DNA of 64,000 nt from Trichoplax adhaerens. Its lineage: Eukaryota > Animalia > Placozoa. Positions 41,201 through 55,267 of the stretch are shown here, one piece after another. The stretch is from the NCBI RefSeq assembly GCF_000150275.1, contig NW_002060946.1, forward strand, positions 1,817,454-1,881,453. Direction: 5' to 3'. Position numbers and translations under genes: made by a program. Within the stretch, counting starts at the first letter, position 1. Each line of letters begins with the position of its first letter. The notes beneath the pieces are model-generated. The model was not told the origin of the DNA and made no database searches. It saw only the letters and a list, made by a program, of their open reading frames with translations.

Positions 41201-44144
41201 CTCACATTCGAACTAAAAATCTACTGGTAAAGATGCAATTTTATGTTGAACTGGAAACTTTATTTTAACAATAAATCTATTATAGGAAACAATGATGAGA
41301 ATTAAATCAGCACGCCATTTAGAAGAGCGTTATGTAATTATGATTGAAAACGCTTACTACCATTGCTTGCCCCCCGAAGATGTTACGGTAATTCTACTTA
41401 TATCCCATAGATGTTATTATTAGCTCATTTTAGATTATGAAATTCCGAAGGCATCGACCGCTAACTGTTAACATTTTAATAAAGGAAAAAGTGGAGGTTC
41501 GAACTCCATTACAAGAATATATAAGAAGACTTGTGATCAAACATCTGATTACTACAAACGTCGAAAAGGTGACTTCTTTCACACGTATTCTTAGCAATCC
41601 GTTAAATCTGATAAGATTTAAATATATCGAGACCTCTAACGTTTGTATAATTAATTAATTAATACTATAGATTTTACGACAGTTTCGAAAACTATCATGG
41701 AATAATCAAGAAATAGCGGACTATGCAATAAAATTCTTATCGTCGCCTTGGTATATAAAATATAATAATATCCACAACCTAGCTAATCTGCTGTCCGGTC
41801 TTGCGGAATATAGGGTATACAATATACAATATCTATAGTCCATAGTGGGTTATGTATAAGTGTTAATGTCTGATAGTATCTAAATAAAGTTCAATTACAT
41901 TGTATGATAATCTAATAGGAAGATGTTGCGGTAATGGTTGTTGACAATATCATGGAGGAAATTAGGCTGGGTTTAGAGGTGAATCTATTCATTAAGAATA
42001 CAGATATAATGATTAGCCCTAGTTACATTATTGACTCAATTTTCTTGACAGATTAATGCGATGAAATTAAATCAAAGGCGCATCGCTACTATCAAATACC
42101 TGGGAGAATTATATAATTACCAAATGATTGAAGCCGATGTTATTTTCAACACTCTCTATTCCCTAATCACTTTTGGATTGCTTAAAGACCACAGCTCTAA
42201 TGATATCGATCCTCCAGATAATTTTGTACGATTGCGATTAGTTTCTGTTTTGTTGGATACGTGTGGAGAATTCTTCGATAGAGGATTTAAGAAGAGTAGA
42301 CTTGATTGCTTTCTTGTATATGTACAGGTATATATCTCACGAATAGCTTGTTTCAATTTCAATGATCATTCTAATCTAAACTATACACTCTATATCAGCA
42401 TTATTTTTGGCAAAAGAAGAGCAATGTTTACTGGGAGACGCAAACGTTTCCAATAGAAATAGAGAATTTACTATTAGACTTATTGGACTCCTTACGTCCA
42501 AAACTGAAACCGTGTAATAATCTGACGGAGGCGAAAGGAGCCATAGAGGAACTAGAGCAAAAGTATCGAGCGGAGCTGAGTAAGATTTAAACTTTCTTTT
42601 AGATGGAATAAATAAATATGCAATAAAAATTAAAATTCGGTATACTGTAGTTTGCTCCTTATTGTATCTTTATCAACTAATAATAACGTAGACTTAGAAG
42701 ATCAACACCGTCAACGACATACATCTTCGGGCTCTCAATCTCACGATACACCTACTCAAGATGATGCAGAAGGGCAAGATGTTGACATTGCTGAAGAACT
42801 AGAGGCTGATGATACTGATGCTCATAAATCACAATCCGATACAGAAGATGTTTTGTTTGACGACAGGGATGAAATAGCTGAAGGAGAAAATGAAGACGTA
42901 TGTTCATTTAGACACCAGTGTTATTAAGTATTATAACTTGTCCTATACAAATTAATTAATATCCGGTACTGATATTTTTTATTATGACAGGATGACTACA
43001 TAAATGATACGAAAGTTGATACGAATGTAGAAGATGATGAAGTACGCCTTTGCTAGCATCGTCTATAATTTTAAAACTCTGTCAACAGTCTTAATTTTGG
43101 TAACAATTATTATGATAAAATTTTAGGTTACTATACTTTCTGGTGGTCTGAAAGCGATGCCTTGTGAGGAAGACGACGATTTTCAGAAAGAATATGAGAA
43201 GGCATTAGCAGACGATTTACTGGTGAGATACTTTTACTTATACGCGATGTTCTCGATCTTACTGTACGTGTTGAAATGATTCTTCAGTGAAATGTCGATA
43301 TATTTATTCGACACCTTTGACTTTTAAATTACAGTTTTTATCGTCGTTATTTTAATCCTAAAATTATCTTATTTACAAGACACGACGTCAACATGGTCCT
43401 AAAGTTCCATCTTTGGATGCTCCATTGCCTTTCAATAGAGTAACTAAAATAGGTATTGAAAAATGTTCGTTGTTAGTGGTGCTGCGTACTGTATTCTGAA
43501 GATATGTAATTTTAGTGTGAGCTTTATTTCTAACATTTATTTCAACGTAGGCGAAAATCTCCAAACTGACGATATAAATTTCGTTTTATTGACTCGTAAG
43601 TCGAATAAGCTACAGGTTCGTATAATAATGCATTTGAACATTTATGAGCAAGTAATTATGATGAATTCACAACTGTCATATGTAAGTGATGTAATGGTTT
43701 ACTTATTTCTCCTCCTACGACGTACTATGTATACGTAAACATTATAGTATAAGGAAGTTAATATTCCAGTATCAGATGCTGTAGCTGCTAACATTCGAGA
43801 AAAGATTGCTCAAGAAAAAGCTGACAAAGAAGAGATGAAACGACTTGTTTTAAGTCATGATAAACGTCAACAAGAAGAGTCCTTTAACGGTAACTAGGGC
43901 TATGCGACTCCTATAGCATTAAATTCAAATTGTTAATAATAGGGGTTATAATTATTATTATTGTATTCGAATTATATCGATTACCTACTTAGATGAAATG
44001 ATATCGCAGCAAGACTTACAACAACGTCAAAGCAAGAGTAGTAAGCGAGCAAATCGTAACGATGGTCAAAAGCGCACAAGAGCCCTAGGAGATAACCCTG
44101 ATTTTTACTACATTACTAAAGGAGCAAGGGGTAGACCACATTGA
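35260..44144 (+). CDS. UPF2: Regulator of nonsense transcripts 2 (UPF2; three MIF4G domains, acidic region, C-terminal UPF1-binding region), ~35 exons
   Basis: Spliced translation: SRPEESFFRSLDSSVKRNTTFVKKL, SLNLTKYVPEV, LWEDEETRSFYENLKDL, CRNRDFIDEAA, LFNVPRTRLDLLPFYARLVATL, FIGELTKF, HHVIDMACCLLETCGRFL, NQRRIATIKYLGELYNY, RLRLVSVLLDTCG, INFVLLTRKSNKLQYK. ATG at 35260 was chosen because its exon (ends AG|GT at 35342) splices in frame to the next exon. Stop TGA at 44142-44144. Confidence 0.95.
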
Positions 44145-44608
44145 GACTGTTAGTGTTAAAATCCTTTCATCAATCTTTCATTGATCAATCTAAATCAACC
44201 AGATTCTTTCGATGCTATTCTTGTTATCCCAGTTCTTTCACTCCCGCTGTACATTTCACAAATATGACATTGTACATTATTTACAGATGTATTTTGAAAC
44301 TGCAATAAGTATTAATTGATTGTCAATAAAATACACAGTGCGAGTATGTAACATACCTACAAGAAGATGTAATTTGACGGAAATCTATTTTATCAACGTT
44401 CATTTCGGAAAACATAACTGTTTATTTAATATTATTATTAACTCGAAACTGTAGTCAAGCATTTATTTATGTTGGTGAGAAGATGCTTTAATCATCTTTA
44501 AATGGCTTAAATCATTCTCTATCAATCCAATAAGCAAAACAATAAAATTTGTATATAAGGAGCTATTACAAAGTGTCTGCACGAAATCATTACTAACAGC
44601 TAAAAATC

Positions 44609-47600
44609 TTATTGAATGCTAGCTACGGCTTTCTTTGCTGCATCTTCAAAGTCATCAGCGGGTGTAATATTAAGACCACTTTCAAGCAATATTTTTCTTG
44701 CTTCATCAACATTAGTGCCTAAAGTAATAGATAGTATCAGTAAAAGATACAATATACGTGTTACCTATGATTGCTAAGCAATACATAAACATTCACAATT
44801 ATATTACCTTCCAAACGAGCAATAACGGGTAAGTTGAGGTTCATTCCACGCGCTGCTTTAGTAATTCCATTAGCAATTGTTGCACAGTTGACAATACCAC
44901 CGAAAATATTCACTAAGATTGATTTAACCTAGATTTGATTGACGTAAATTATCACAATTAAAGTAATGATCATAATACAATATTGTTTGCTGTAAGATCA
45001 TGTCATACATCTTGATTATTACGCTTTAAAACTTACAGCTTTGTCAGAGCTAACAAGATTGAAAGCGTCATAAACTTGTTGTTCGGTGACTCCACCACCA
45101 ACGTCTAAAAAGTTGGCAGGTTCTCCACCATGCAATTTAACAATATCCATAGTTGCCATAGCAAGTCCAGCTCCATTAACTAAATTTATAAATACAAATA
45201 TACAAGTTATAAATACTGCATATATTGCAATCCTAATTTAGTACATAGATTATTATCATAAAAGTTGAATTCTATTAATGTAATTTTGGTATACCTAAGC
45301 ATGCGATATTTCCATCTAAACCGATATAGTTAAGATTCGATTTTGCTGCTGCAATTTCTCGTGCATCACTCTCGGAAAGATCTTCCATTGCAAATACATC
45401 CTTTTGGCGATATTTGGCGCTGTCATCAAAGTTTATTTTGGCATCGAAGCATACCACTAGCCAAAATAATGGTAACGAAAAGTATCGTACATTAAGTACA
45501 TTGTGTCCCATACATAATTGGGTTAATATGTAATCCAATATATTCAATAGAACGGCCTTGTCATTAACGATTATAAATATCAAACTTACCCCTTCCGTCA
45601 GTAGTCTCTCCAAATGGATTTATTTCAACTTGTGAAGCATCAACGGACAAAAACAAATTATATAATCGTTTAATTTGTTCCGCTGCCTATTGCATTAAAA
45701 TATGGAATAGTATGATATTTTAATACAGAATACGTGCCTTAAAATGCAATAAAATGACGTTGAATTTTTATGAATATTCTTACCTCATTCACTTTGCTAT
45801 CACTAAATTTAAGATTCTTTGCTAATTCCAAAGCTTGCTGATCATTGATACCATCCACTATATCAATAGGAACCTAAAATATGTAAAATAAAGTAAATGA
45901 AAGTATTGATTGAAAAGTTGAATATTTCTTTTTTCGTTGCTTTTATTACCTTGTATATTAACTCTGGAGAGTTAGCGGCAACTTCCTCGATATCAACACC
46001 TCCAGCTGGACTAGCAACGATAACGGGTCCATTATAATGTCTATCCATGACGATCGCAAAGTATGTCTCTTTTGAGATATCCAAAGCTTCAGCAATCATC
46101 AACTGTAGATAAGTAAAAGGATTAGGAAGTTATTACAAACGATGTATTAGCGTTATAAAGATAAGAAAATATTATAATCACAAGATTATATAAGTTATAG
46201 TGAGACCGTAGCTGAAATCAATAGCTACGTACTACAATGAGAGTAGAATATGCCATGCTTGACTACCTTCTTAACAGGAACACCTTCACCAGGTGTTTGC
46301 TTAGTTATTAAACGGTATCCTAACATTTGGGAAGCAAGATTGCCAATTTCTTCAACATCCTTGGTTAAATGGACGCCTTTTTTTAAGCCGCTAGTGAAAT
46401 GGCCTTTACCACGTCCACCTGCTAAAATCTGTGCCTTGATAACAAACTCATCAACGTCTATATTGTGAATAAAATAATAATTTTATGCTATAACATAAGA
46501 AGAAATGGTTGAAAAAGATGGCTTGTAGCAGAAGTGTAAAATTATTTGGACCTATCAACATGGCCTTCAATTATTGTTCAAAAACGGAGTCATTTCAATG
46601 GTGCAACTACTAATTATAATTGCTATTATAGGAATTAAACATACAGTATAAGCCAAGTTTTACTTACTCATTTTTTTAGCTAATGCAATTGCTTCATCCG
46701 GAGTAGAAGCAATCTCAAATGGTTGTACATTAACCATGTGATCTCTCATTAAACCTTTACTCTGATATTCTTGCAAGTTTAGTGACCGACTTTGCAAAAC
46801 TGATATTGCAGCCTATATAGAAAATATCTTGGAGTTAGGAATTTGATATACGCGTACGTGTATGGAAAAGTTCTGTAATCAATAAATACTCAATAGGAAA
46901 ATCAACAAAAATGCAATTCTAACATTATCGTATAACATGCAAAAGTTGTCATCAGTAGCCAGCTATCGAAAGGTAAAGCAATACCGATGTAATCATTCAC
47001 TAACAGTAAAGTTATATGATTGGGATTACCCGTAGCCATGATTGAATAACTACTAGAGTAAAGAGTAGTCCTTAGTCAGGAATACCCATTAATTGTCCAT
47101 AGCGATTCTACATGTTAGATTGATGGTTTTAAGGACAAGTTACGTTTGGATAAGGCATTGATTGAACTGTATATCCGGATATAGGTCAGAATCAGAAAAT
47201 TAATCAGCAATACCATTATTCCAGCAAGGTACGACTGAGATAGACAACAGTACCGTCTATCACCATTCTACACATGGAGTTGTTTTTCTCACTCCTCTAC
47301 CCCTCTACCATTGTATCCTAAGTGATTTTTACATCAATCATCGTCTTGTCCTATTAGTCAAGGTATAACATATCGAGTGTACAATACCCAGTAATATACA
47401 GCAATAAGTCGATTCTACGCTGCATCGGCTACTGTATCCTACTCTAGTAAAGGACAATTCTTCTTGTGCAATGTTAGCTACTGTAAGCATGCAAATCCAA
47501 TTTTGCATGCATGTAGGCATTTTTTTTCACTCCTCTACCCCTGTACCATTCTATCCTGAGCGAGTTTACATCAATCATCGTCTTATGATCATCCTATGAG

Positions 47601-47905
47601 TCAATGTATAACGAAATGGAGTGCAAACTATGCAAAAATACATGGCGACAACTGTATTTGATGCAGTACTGAACTATCTTACTCTACCCTAGTAATCCGA
47701 CATAAGCCGATAATGCTTCAATAAACGCCAATTGCACCTCCAATCTGAGCTACTCTCAGTAATACAGACCAAAGATGGCATTACAAGTGAAAACGAACAA
47801 GTCTTGGTAAATTAAGAGTTTATTTTCCTACTTTACCGGAGTTAAACGTTGCTTGATGGAAGCAATATGACGTGAAAATCGCGTTATAGACGTAGCAGCC
47901 GCCAT
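44609..47905 (-). CDS. SUCLG2: Succinate--CoA ligase [GDP-forming] subunit beta, mitochondrial
   Basis: Exon 1 (47837-47905) [23 protein letters not shown] looks like a mitochondrial presequence. LNLQEYQSK is GDP-type (ADP-type SUCLA2 has LSLHEY). Also [74 protein letters not shown]; ends [10 protein letters not shown]. Confidence 0.95.
47284..47612. repeat. Two ~90-bp direct copies (period ~238 bp) in SUCLG2 intron 1
   Basis: TCACTCCTCTACCCCT.TACCATT.TATCCT.AG.GA.TTTACATCAATCATCGTCTT at ~47289 and ~47527. Confidence 0.8.
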
Positions 47906-48169
47906 CTTCGTTGCCTAGGACCAACGCCAATGACAGGGGGGGCAAGCGGGTTACAGCTAGACCTGACTTACAGCAGACCTTCACACAGTACAGTACAACG
48001 ATACTGAAGTCTCTTGAATAGTCTTTTTCTGGTACTGGACTGTACTGGACTGGCAAGTGCCCCAAACCCAGACGTCAAATCGGTAGAAACACATGTTGCA
48101 CACGCCATGACCCTCGTACGCATGGTCGGTATCCAACACAACGACGAGTCCAGTGCAGTTACACTAGAC

Positions 48170-48812
48170 CACCATCGAATGTCCATCCGTCCGCGGCCCT
48201 AGAAAACTGCAAACTCGTATACTATGCTGTGTGCACCATCGAATGTCCGTTCGTCCGCGGTCCTAGAAAACTGCAAACTCGTATACTATGCTGTGTGCAC
48301 CATCGAATGTCCGTTCGTCCGCGGTCCTAGAAAACTGCAAACTCGTATACTATGCTGTGTGCACCATCGAATGTCCGTTCGTCCGCGGTCCTAGAAAACT
48401 GCAAACTCGTATACTATGCTGTGTGCACCATCGAATGTCCGTTCGTCCGCGGTCCTAGAAAACTGCAAACTCGTATACTATGCTGTGTGCACCATCGAAT
48501 GTCCGTTCGTCCGCGGTCCTAGAAAACTGCAAACTCGTATACTATGCTGTGTGCACCATCGTATGTCCGTCCGTACGCGGTCCTAGAAAACTGCAAACTC
48601 GTATACTATGCAGTGTGCACCATCGAATGTCCGTCCGTACGCGGTCCTAGAAAACTGCAAACTCGTATAACTATGCTGTGTGCACCATCGAATGTCCGTC
48701 CGTACGCGGTCCTAGAAAACTGCAAACTCGTATACAATGCTGTGTGCACCATCGAATGTCCGTCCGTACGCGGTCCTAGAAAACTGCAAACTCGTATACT
48801 ATGCTGTGTGCA
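48170..48812. repeat. 64-bp minisatellite, ~10 near-identical copies, ~265 bp upstream of the SUCLG2 ATG
   Basis: Unit CACCATCGAATGTCCGTTCGTCCGCGGTCCTAGAAAACTGCAAACTCGTATACTATGCTGTGTG with exact 64-bp spacing (48234, 48298, 48362, 48426, 48490, 48554, 48618). Confidence 0.97.
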
Positions 48813-50026
48813 ATCAGAGATGGCAATTGTAAAATAAATAAGCATTTTCTAGTAGTCTCTGTTATATACTCAATGCCTACTTCTACGTATGCGATCCAGT
48901 GTAGTATTCTATTCTTTCTAGTCAACATTTGATAGGACATCCTCATTCATCAAGGATCTTCGATGTCCCTGGCTCAAAAAAAGATCTTCAATGCTCAAAA
49001 GAGTTTCCAATATCGTAGTCACTGCACGCATTGAGCAGTGCTGTCCTGTTGACTCGGTTACAGTATTCTCTGTCGTAATGGCAAACATGACATGATTTTA
49101 TAGGGTCTGCCGTACTACCCAAAGCTCTGCGTTTTAGCAGTGATTACATAAAGTTCAACTTTTGTACCCTAACCCTAATCCTATTCTTGCTCAACTTTCC
49201 TACCAAGAAAGACAGGATCAATCAGACGGATCAGCAAATCCATCAACGAAGGCACAAACGAGCTCCAATTTCACGTCAATATCCAAAGTACTGTACCATA
49301 GTCTGTACGTAAAGAGCACAGCCTGTATGACAACGATATCAAGAGACTATATGCAACAAACTCTGTTCTCACCTCTACTGATCATGAGTACTGTATAACA
49401 TGATATCAATGATGGTCAGTGCCTGAAATTAGACAACCCGAGGATGGATGGTCAGACCACAACATGTACGCGTACAGTATACCGCATGCTACCTACACCA
49501 TTTAGTGTACTGTATATGACTCATAACTTTGGATGTCACAGGCTAAAATGACACTCCATTCTTTGCCAACATTCAGTAAAATAAACAGTTTCAAACGCAG
49601 TGTAGTCAAAGAAAAATTGAATTATTATTATTATCAACCTTTCATAAACAGATTACATTTCATTTTCGGTTCAATTGGAGCATTTGAAATGCAGTCCTAA
49701 TGCATGATCATAACTAATTCTATTGATAATTTAAAACTGCATCCTTTTGCAAACCATTACCGTAATCTAATAATGCATTAGCCCTAATTTAACGAACCTA
49801 AGTTACAAGACTATTCAACGCTTGCAACATTTGCATATGTAAGTATACACTGCATATTTGTCAGGAATAAAACTTGGTCACAGCTCCTTCGTGATAATCA
49901 CAGTACTGCATATCATTTTAGTGATTGTATATACGTATTTGAATAATATGTAACAGACTGCTACTGTTACATTTGCATATCTCTATCAAATAATATATCA
50001 ATCAATTACTTATGTAAAACAATTAT

Positions 50027-53000
50027 TTATCCCACAGCCTTATGAACCAAAGCCAACGGGGTTTCATTCTGACTGCGAGCTGTCAGTAGCATTGTTATTT
50101 GTCCTTGAGCCATAGCAAACCTTGCGCGCGCTAATACATCATCTCCAGAAACGTAAACACCCGCTAGCAATAGCGTGTGAGAATTCTTATCTCGTGCAAC
50201 TTTATCTGATCGCTCACATGGCTGCATTCCCAATAAATCTGTAACCTCTTTTACAGCATCTATTGACGAATAATAACAACACGAAGTTAACAAGTATTCT
50301 ATAGAGCAATCTTATCATGATAACATACCTTCAATTGTACTAATTGATGATAAAACATATGTTTCTTCACTTTGGTGTTCGCTATCAAGTTCTTCCCATG
50401 AAGCTGCGAAATTCGATTTGAGTACCCTCTGCATATAATCGGCAGGATATACTTCCACATCTTCCAACTAAACAGAAAGATTAAATTAAGCAATTACAGA
50501 CCATTGACAATGTAATCAATGACTGAAACCTACCACATATTCGTCTTCATAGCCTTCTTCATCTGCCTCTCCTGTGTTGACATCACAATCTTTAACGACA
50601 AATTTCAGTGTGTTAACAAACGATCCCGTCATCAAGTCCATATCTTCAGGCACTGAAACACAGGTATAAGTTGTGCCAGGTACATTAAAAGCCAATGTTG
50701 CAACAGGAACTGTAGATTCGACTTCAAATTCATCGGACGGTTCAATTTCGACATAAGCATTTTCCAATAGTTGATCTTCCAAAGTGTTTGTACAGTCGAA
50801 CTAGAATTGATAATTCCAGTAAAAAACATTTAACTCGATATATGCGCGTAGATTCTGTTTTATTCATTAAGCGATATTGCTATAACGTGCTACCCTACCT
50901 GAAAGACAATATGCTTCTGAAAGATATGCTTTACACAACGGACAACATATTCTGTCTCAGATTCGGTAACTTCGATAGGTTTATCTGAAGACTTGAATAG
51001 GGGCCCCAAGCTTGCAAACTGTGGTATCCTAGCTAGTTGTTCTAGTTATCAAAAAAATGAATAAAAAAGTACACTATAGCAATCCAATCAGATGGTAATC
51101 ATAATTTAGTAATTTTACTTACCAGCCAATAGATCTTGCTTCGATGCAGTCGCAGTTGCTGATTTCTGAATAGTAGTAACATTTGGTACATCAGCTTTAG
51201 ATTCTGTACGAGTGTTAGCGACCGGTACGGATTTAAGATTGAAAGGTTCCACCATATCAGTCTTGACATAGTGCATCAGAGCACGTTCCAGACCAAATAC
51301 AGAAACGTTAAGACCTTGATATATACATTACAAATATTGCGTCAGGGATTGTTACCACAAACTACTGAGAGTCAAATCGCAAAGTTACACAACTATTCTA
51401 ACAACCAACCATTTACAATTAAAGCATTCGACAAAGACTGACTGTTCTCTTGTAGAATCTTAACGCAAAAAGTAGCCCTATCGCGAACTTCATCATCACT
51501 ATCCGTCATACACCTGCTCAGCAGTGTTACAATGCTTTCCTTTAAAGATGGGACTTGAGCTCCCAATTTGGCAAGAGCACAAATGGAAGCTGTAAAAAAA
51601 CAATGAAGTTTTAATCGATAATTGCAAATTGAGATTCAATCAATCACCTATTAAAATAAGGAAAATATGATACCTGCTCTAACAGGAGAGTTTTCTAGAA
51701 TAACGCGATTATAAATATATCTAATGTATTTGGAAGGTGATAAAGTCTTAGGACCCTCCTTTCCAAGAAGATGAAGAACTCTAACGGCAATTGATGTGTG
51801 TTCACAATCTTCAATAAATTCACATAGGTGTCCTAATCCAGATTCAGCAGCATCCTTGTTTTCTTCAATAATTGAAATAATCGTATTTACAATGGCTTTT
51901 TTGTATTGATACCCTCCCTCGTCTCGTAACATTGCGGATAAAAAGTTCATCATAGTTAAATGTTTTCGTGGAAACTTTAAGCAAAGAGCTCTATACAAAG
52001 GAATTACAAAAAGAAGAGAATCGGTCAGTGAGTAACGAAAACAACAAAAAGTATCTATCGGAGGAATGTAGAGTGTATGTATATATTTCATAAAGTATAA
52101 AAGCGTAACTATAACGTTCAATCTACGCCTAAAAGAACATACTTGATTGCATCTACTACTACAGTTTTAAATTCATCAGAAATTTCAGACATGAACGAAG
52201 TAATTTGCTTCATGAGGCGTTCAATGCTTGCTTCGCTTCCAGTCTGTAAACATACAATATAATTTAATATTCGCTAATCATAAAAATCACTTATTTAATG
52301 TCTAAGATAAAAACACTATTTTCCGTTAAATGAAAAATTAGCTATTTTGATACCTTTAACAAAGTCGTTATAGCCAATGTAGCAATATTTCTATTAGAAT
52401 CTGTCACTAAATTTTCAAGATCCAAGTTACAAGTAGTAACTGATAACGGATGAGTAATTGCAACCTATCATGTTGTAATAGCAATTAGTATGTAAAACGA
52501 ATTAAGTACATCCAGGTAAGGGCAATAAACCAAACTACATACTAGCGTAAGACTACCTTATTGAGTGTCTTGGCTGCAGCAAATCTCAAGTGAGGCTTAG
52601 GCGATCCCAAAAATAATTGCAATACTATGATAACAAGGGATTAAAGTCAAGTTCGTCGATTTCAGTACATAATCAAGACACACTTGTTCTATTACTATAC
52701 CGGAAACAGCCGGAGATAAATCTTTAGATTGCACAGATTTTAAATTAACTATAGCCCTAGCAGCTTCGTAAACAACCATCTACAACAGAAAGTGTTCAAA
52801 ATTATCAGCATATACAAATCATCATCCAAGGGTTAATTTTGTAAGACAACTTACTTCACTTTTGTGTCTCAAACAACTTTCCAAGTAATCGTACAGCGAA
52901 CTTCCCTTACTACAAAAATAGAAATATATTCATTGCCTGATATATAGAAACATCAATCGTAATCGACTTCATATACCTATCCTCATCGTCTTCAATTATT

Positions 53001-55159
53001 TTACTTGCAATACGAATCTGCCAAATAGAATAACACATAGGTGTCAATAAGAGTAGTCACCATGTGGAAATAGTATTTCATCATGCAAAGTTAAAACTAC
53101 CATTAAGCAATGAGCAAACGGTGATCGTAGGGAATGACGCGCTTGCTTTGAGACAAGTTTTGTTATAGCCAATTTATCGTTTTTCTTTATTTGATAAAGG
53201 AGCCCAAGGGCGTGATACTATGTATTCAATCATAAAAGGTTGGAGTTATTGTTACATCATCGAAAGTTAAAGAATCTTTACCGACACAACTAAATACATT
53301 AGGAAATAATAACCTGAACCATATGATCATCACTCGATGTCGCCTGTTGTACTTCATTTACCCATCTTTTTACAATTTCAAAATTCTCTCTACTTAAGTG
53401 CTATAAAATGATAACATGGAAATTTCAAAGTTAATGAAAATTTCAACTGTTCTATAACTAAGAATGGAAATTATGAAATAATTACTAGGCAAAGTAAACT
53501 TACAAGTGATGAAACCAAAGCAGCACTAGCTACGCTGCGATCTCTATCAACGATTGCTTGCTTCAGGTAACGCTCAATACCCTGCAACATTGAGCCCTAA
53601 AAAAGGATTGAAATATTGTTCCAATTTCAGCACAAGCTATACATAACATCACGAAATTGAAATTTACATGCCAGTATCATCAGACTCACATCAGTAATCA
53701 TGCATAGCGCCCGTACAGCGCTAGCCCTAAACAGATCTTCCTTACTATTCATGTCCTTAGTAAGACTGCATCAAAATGCAAGAAGCATCATTTTATTCGT
53801 TTTTTAGTATACTCAACTAAATTGTACGTCTATACATGCTATCAATCAAAGAATGGTGCGGTATCACTCAACATCTAGTCCATGACTGTCCATCAGCGTT
53901 ATTAGTACATTACCCAACAAGCAAACTAGTCCAAGCACTAACTGAATGAATACCTGCTTGTAACAATAATAACGTCCTCTGCCAATTTACTCATTTCTTT
54001 GATTGTTAAGTAAACCATGCGGCGCAAGGTAACCTTTTCAATACAGTGCAAATGATTGTAAATGAAGTAAGGAGCCAAAGATCTTCAAAGTCAAGACAGT
54101 ATTTAATATCGATGTAGTTTAATAAAGCCATCATTACTTACATCTTTAGACTGGAAAAGCTTGGTCATAGCAAAGAAAGTTTCTGTTGCTTCCACAGTAG
54201 CAAGTATTTCACCCTAAGTTGACATAGCAATGATAGACAGTGGTATAAGAATGGAGGATAACCAACGCGTTGTATAAAGCTACCTCAAAACCCCATTGGC
54301 TATTGTAATCCTATTGCGCTCTAATACAAAAATGACTATCACAACACCAATTAGGCATAACTAGAAAAATACAGTAAGCATGAAATCATACATACTACTA
54401 ATGCCACTTTGTTGGAAAGTACAAAAGTACCACTAGACTAATCATGCTCTCTAATCGACTATTTCAAGCATTTGTCATTGATGGACGAAGTTGCATACAC
54501 CGACTTGACAAGTCCGCTGTCTAGCTTGGAGCTACAGTAATCTTCATACTAGCGTATTGTAACGTATCGATTGACCCCATTTTGTATTTTTCTCTCAATA
54601 AATATAACGAAGTGGTATCATAAGTAAAATATGATTGAAAGTTTGAACAATAACTGTGAAAAAACGTTGTCCATTGCCCCCTAATTTCATTGAATACAAC
54701 ATACTATCTAGTGTTGCTATTACCTGATTGATCAAGTATAACAGCTTGGTCAGAATCATACAACATTTTCGCGTATTGATGTGTTGGTCATTAAATGTTC
54801 TAGCCTAGAAGAGAATTTTCATGTTCAACTTCAAACTTTGCCATTAAGGCATAGTAGAACAATCAGTACGATAGACTCAAGTATGAGTAGAAAACTTACT
54901 TCCTGCACCACCGTTGCTTTTTCAATATTCTTGAATGGATTACCACCTAATTTATCATTTGAAATTTAGAGTTCGATTGAATCCAACATCCTACTCATAA
55001 CATGGTACAACTACAACACAATAACTGCGTGATAACATGTTATTCTATCCACTTTAAAAGTTACACTCATCATGTATTTTAAAGTAAGCGACAGATTGGA
55101 ATGGATCTATTACCATCCTCCTCGTCCTTTTTATCTCTCCTCATCATAACGAACGCCAT
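50027..55159 (-). CDS. COPG: Coatomer subunit gamma (single pre-duplication COPG1/COPG2 orthologue), ~20 exons
   Basis: N-terminus (MAFV)[12 protein letters not shown]|[15 protein letters not shown]. Also [47 protein letters not shown]-like [64 protein letters not shown]; ends ..VG*. The start may be 55159, 55147 or 55144. Confidence 0.96.
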
Positions 55160-55267
55160 GACTTTGAGTCAGCTTGGAAGTTCAACAATGGCCGCTCCTA
55201 AAAAAATATGGCGTAGGTACCACGAGTCGTGATTGACTACGTCTACAAAAACTCCGATGGCCAATAA

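Noticed and set aside
48170-48812. CRISPR array, or coding ORFs 48544-48837 / 48606-48845
   Set aside because: Units are head-to-tail with no unique spacers, the context is eukaryotic and there are no cas genes. The ORFs are by-products of the repeat.
52800-52830. C box (ATGATGA) and D box (CTGA) in a COPG intron
   Set aside because: Only ~12 nt separate the boxes, too short for a C/D snoRNA.
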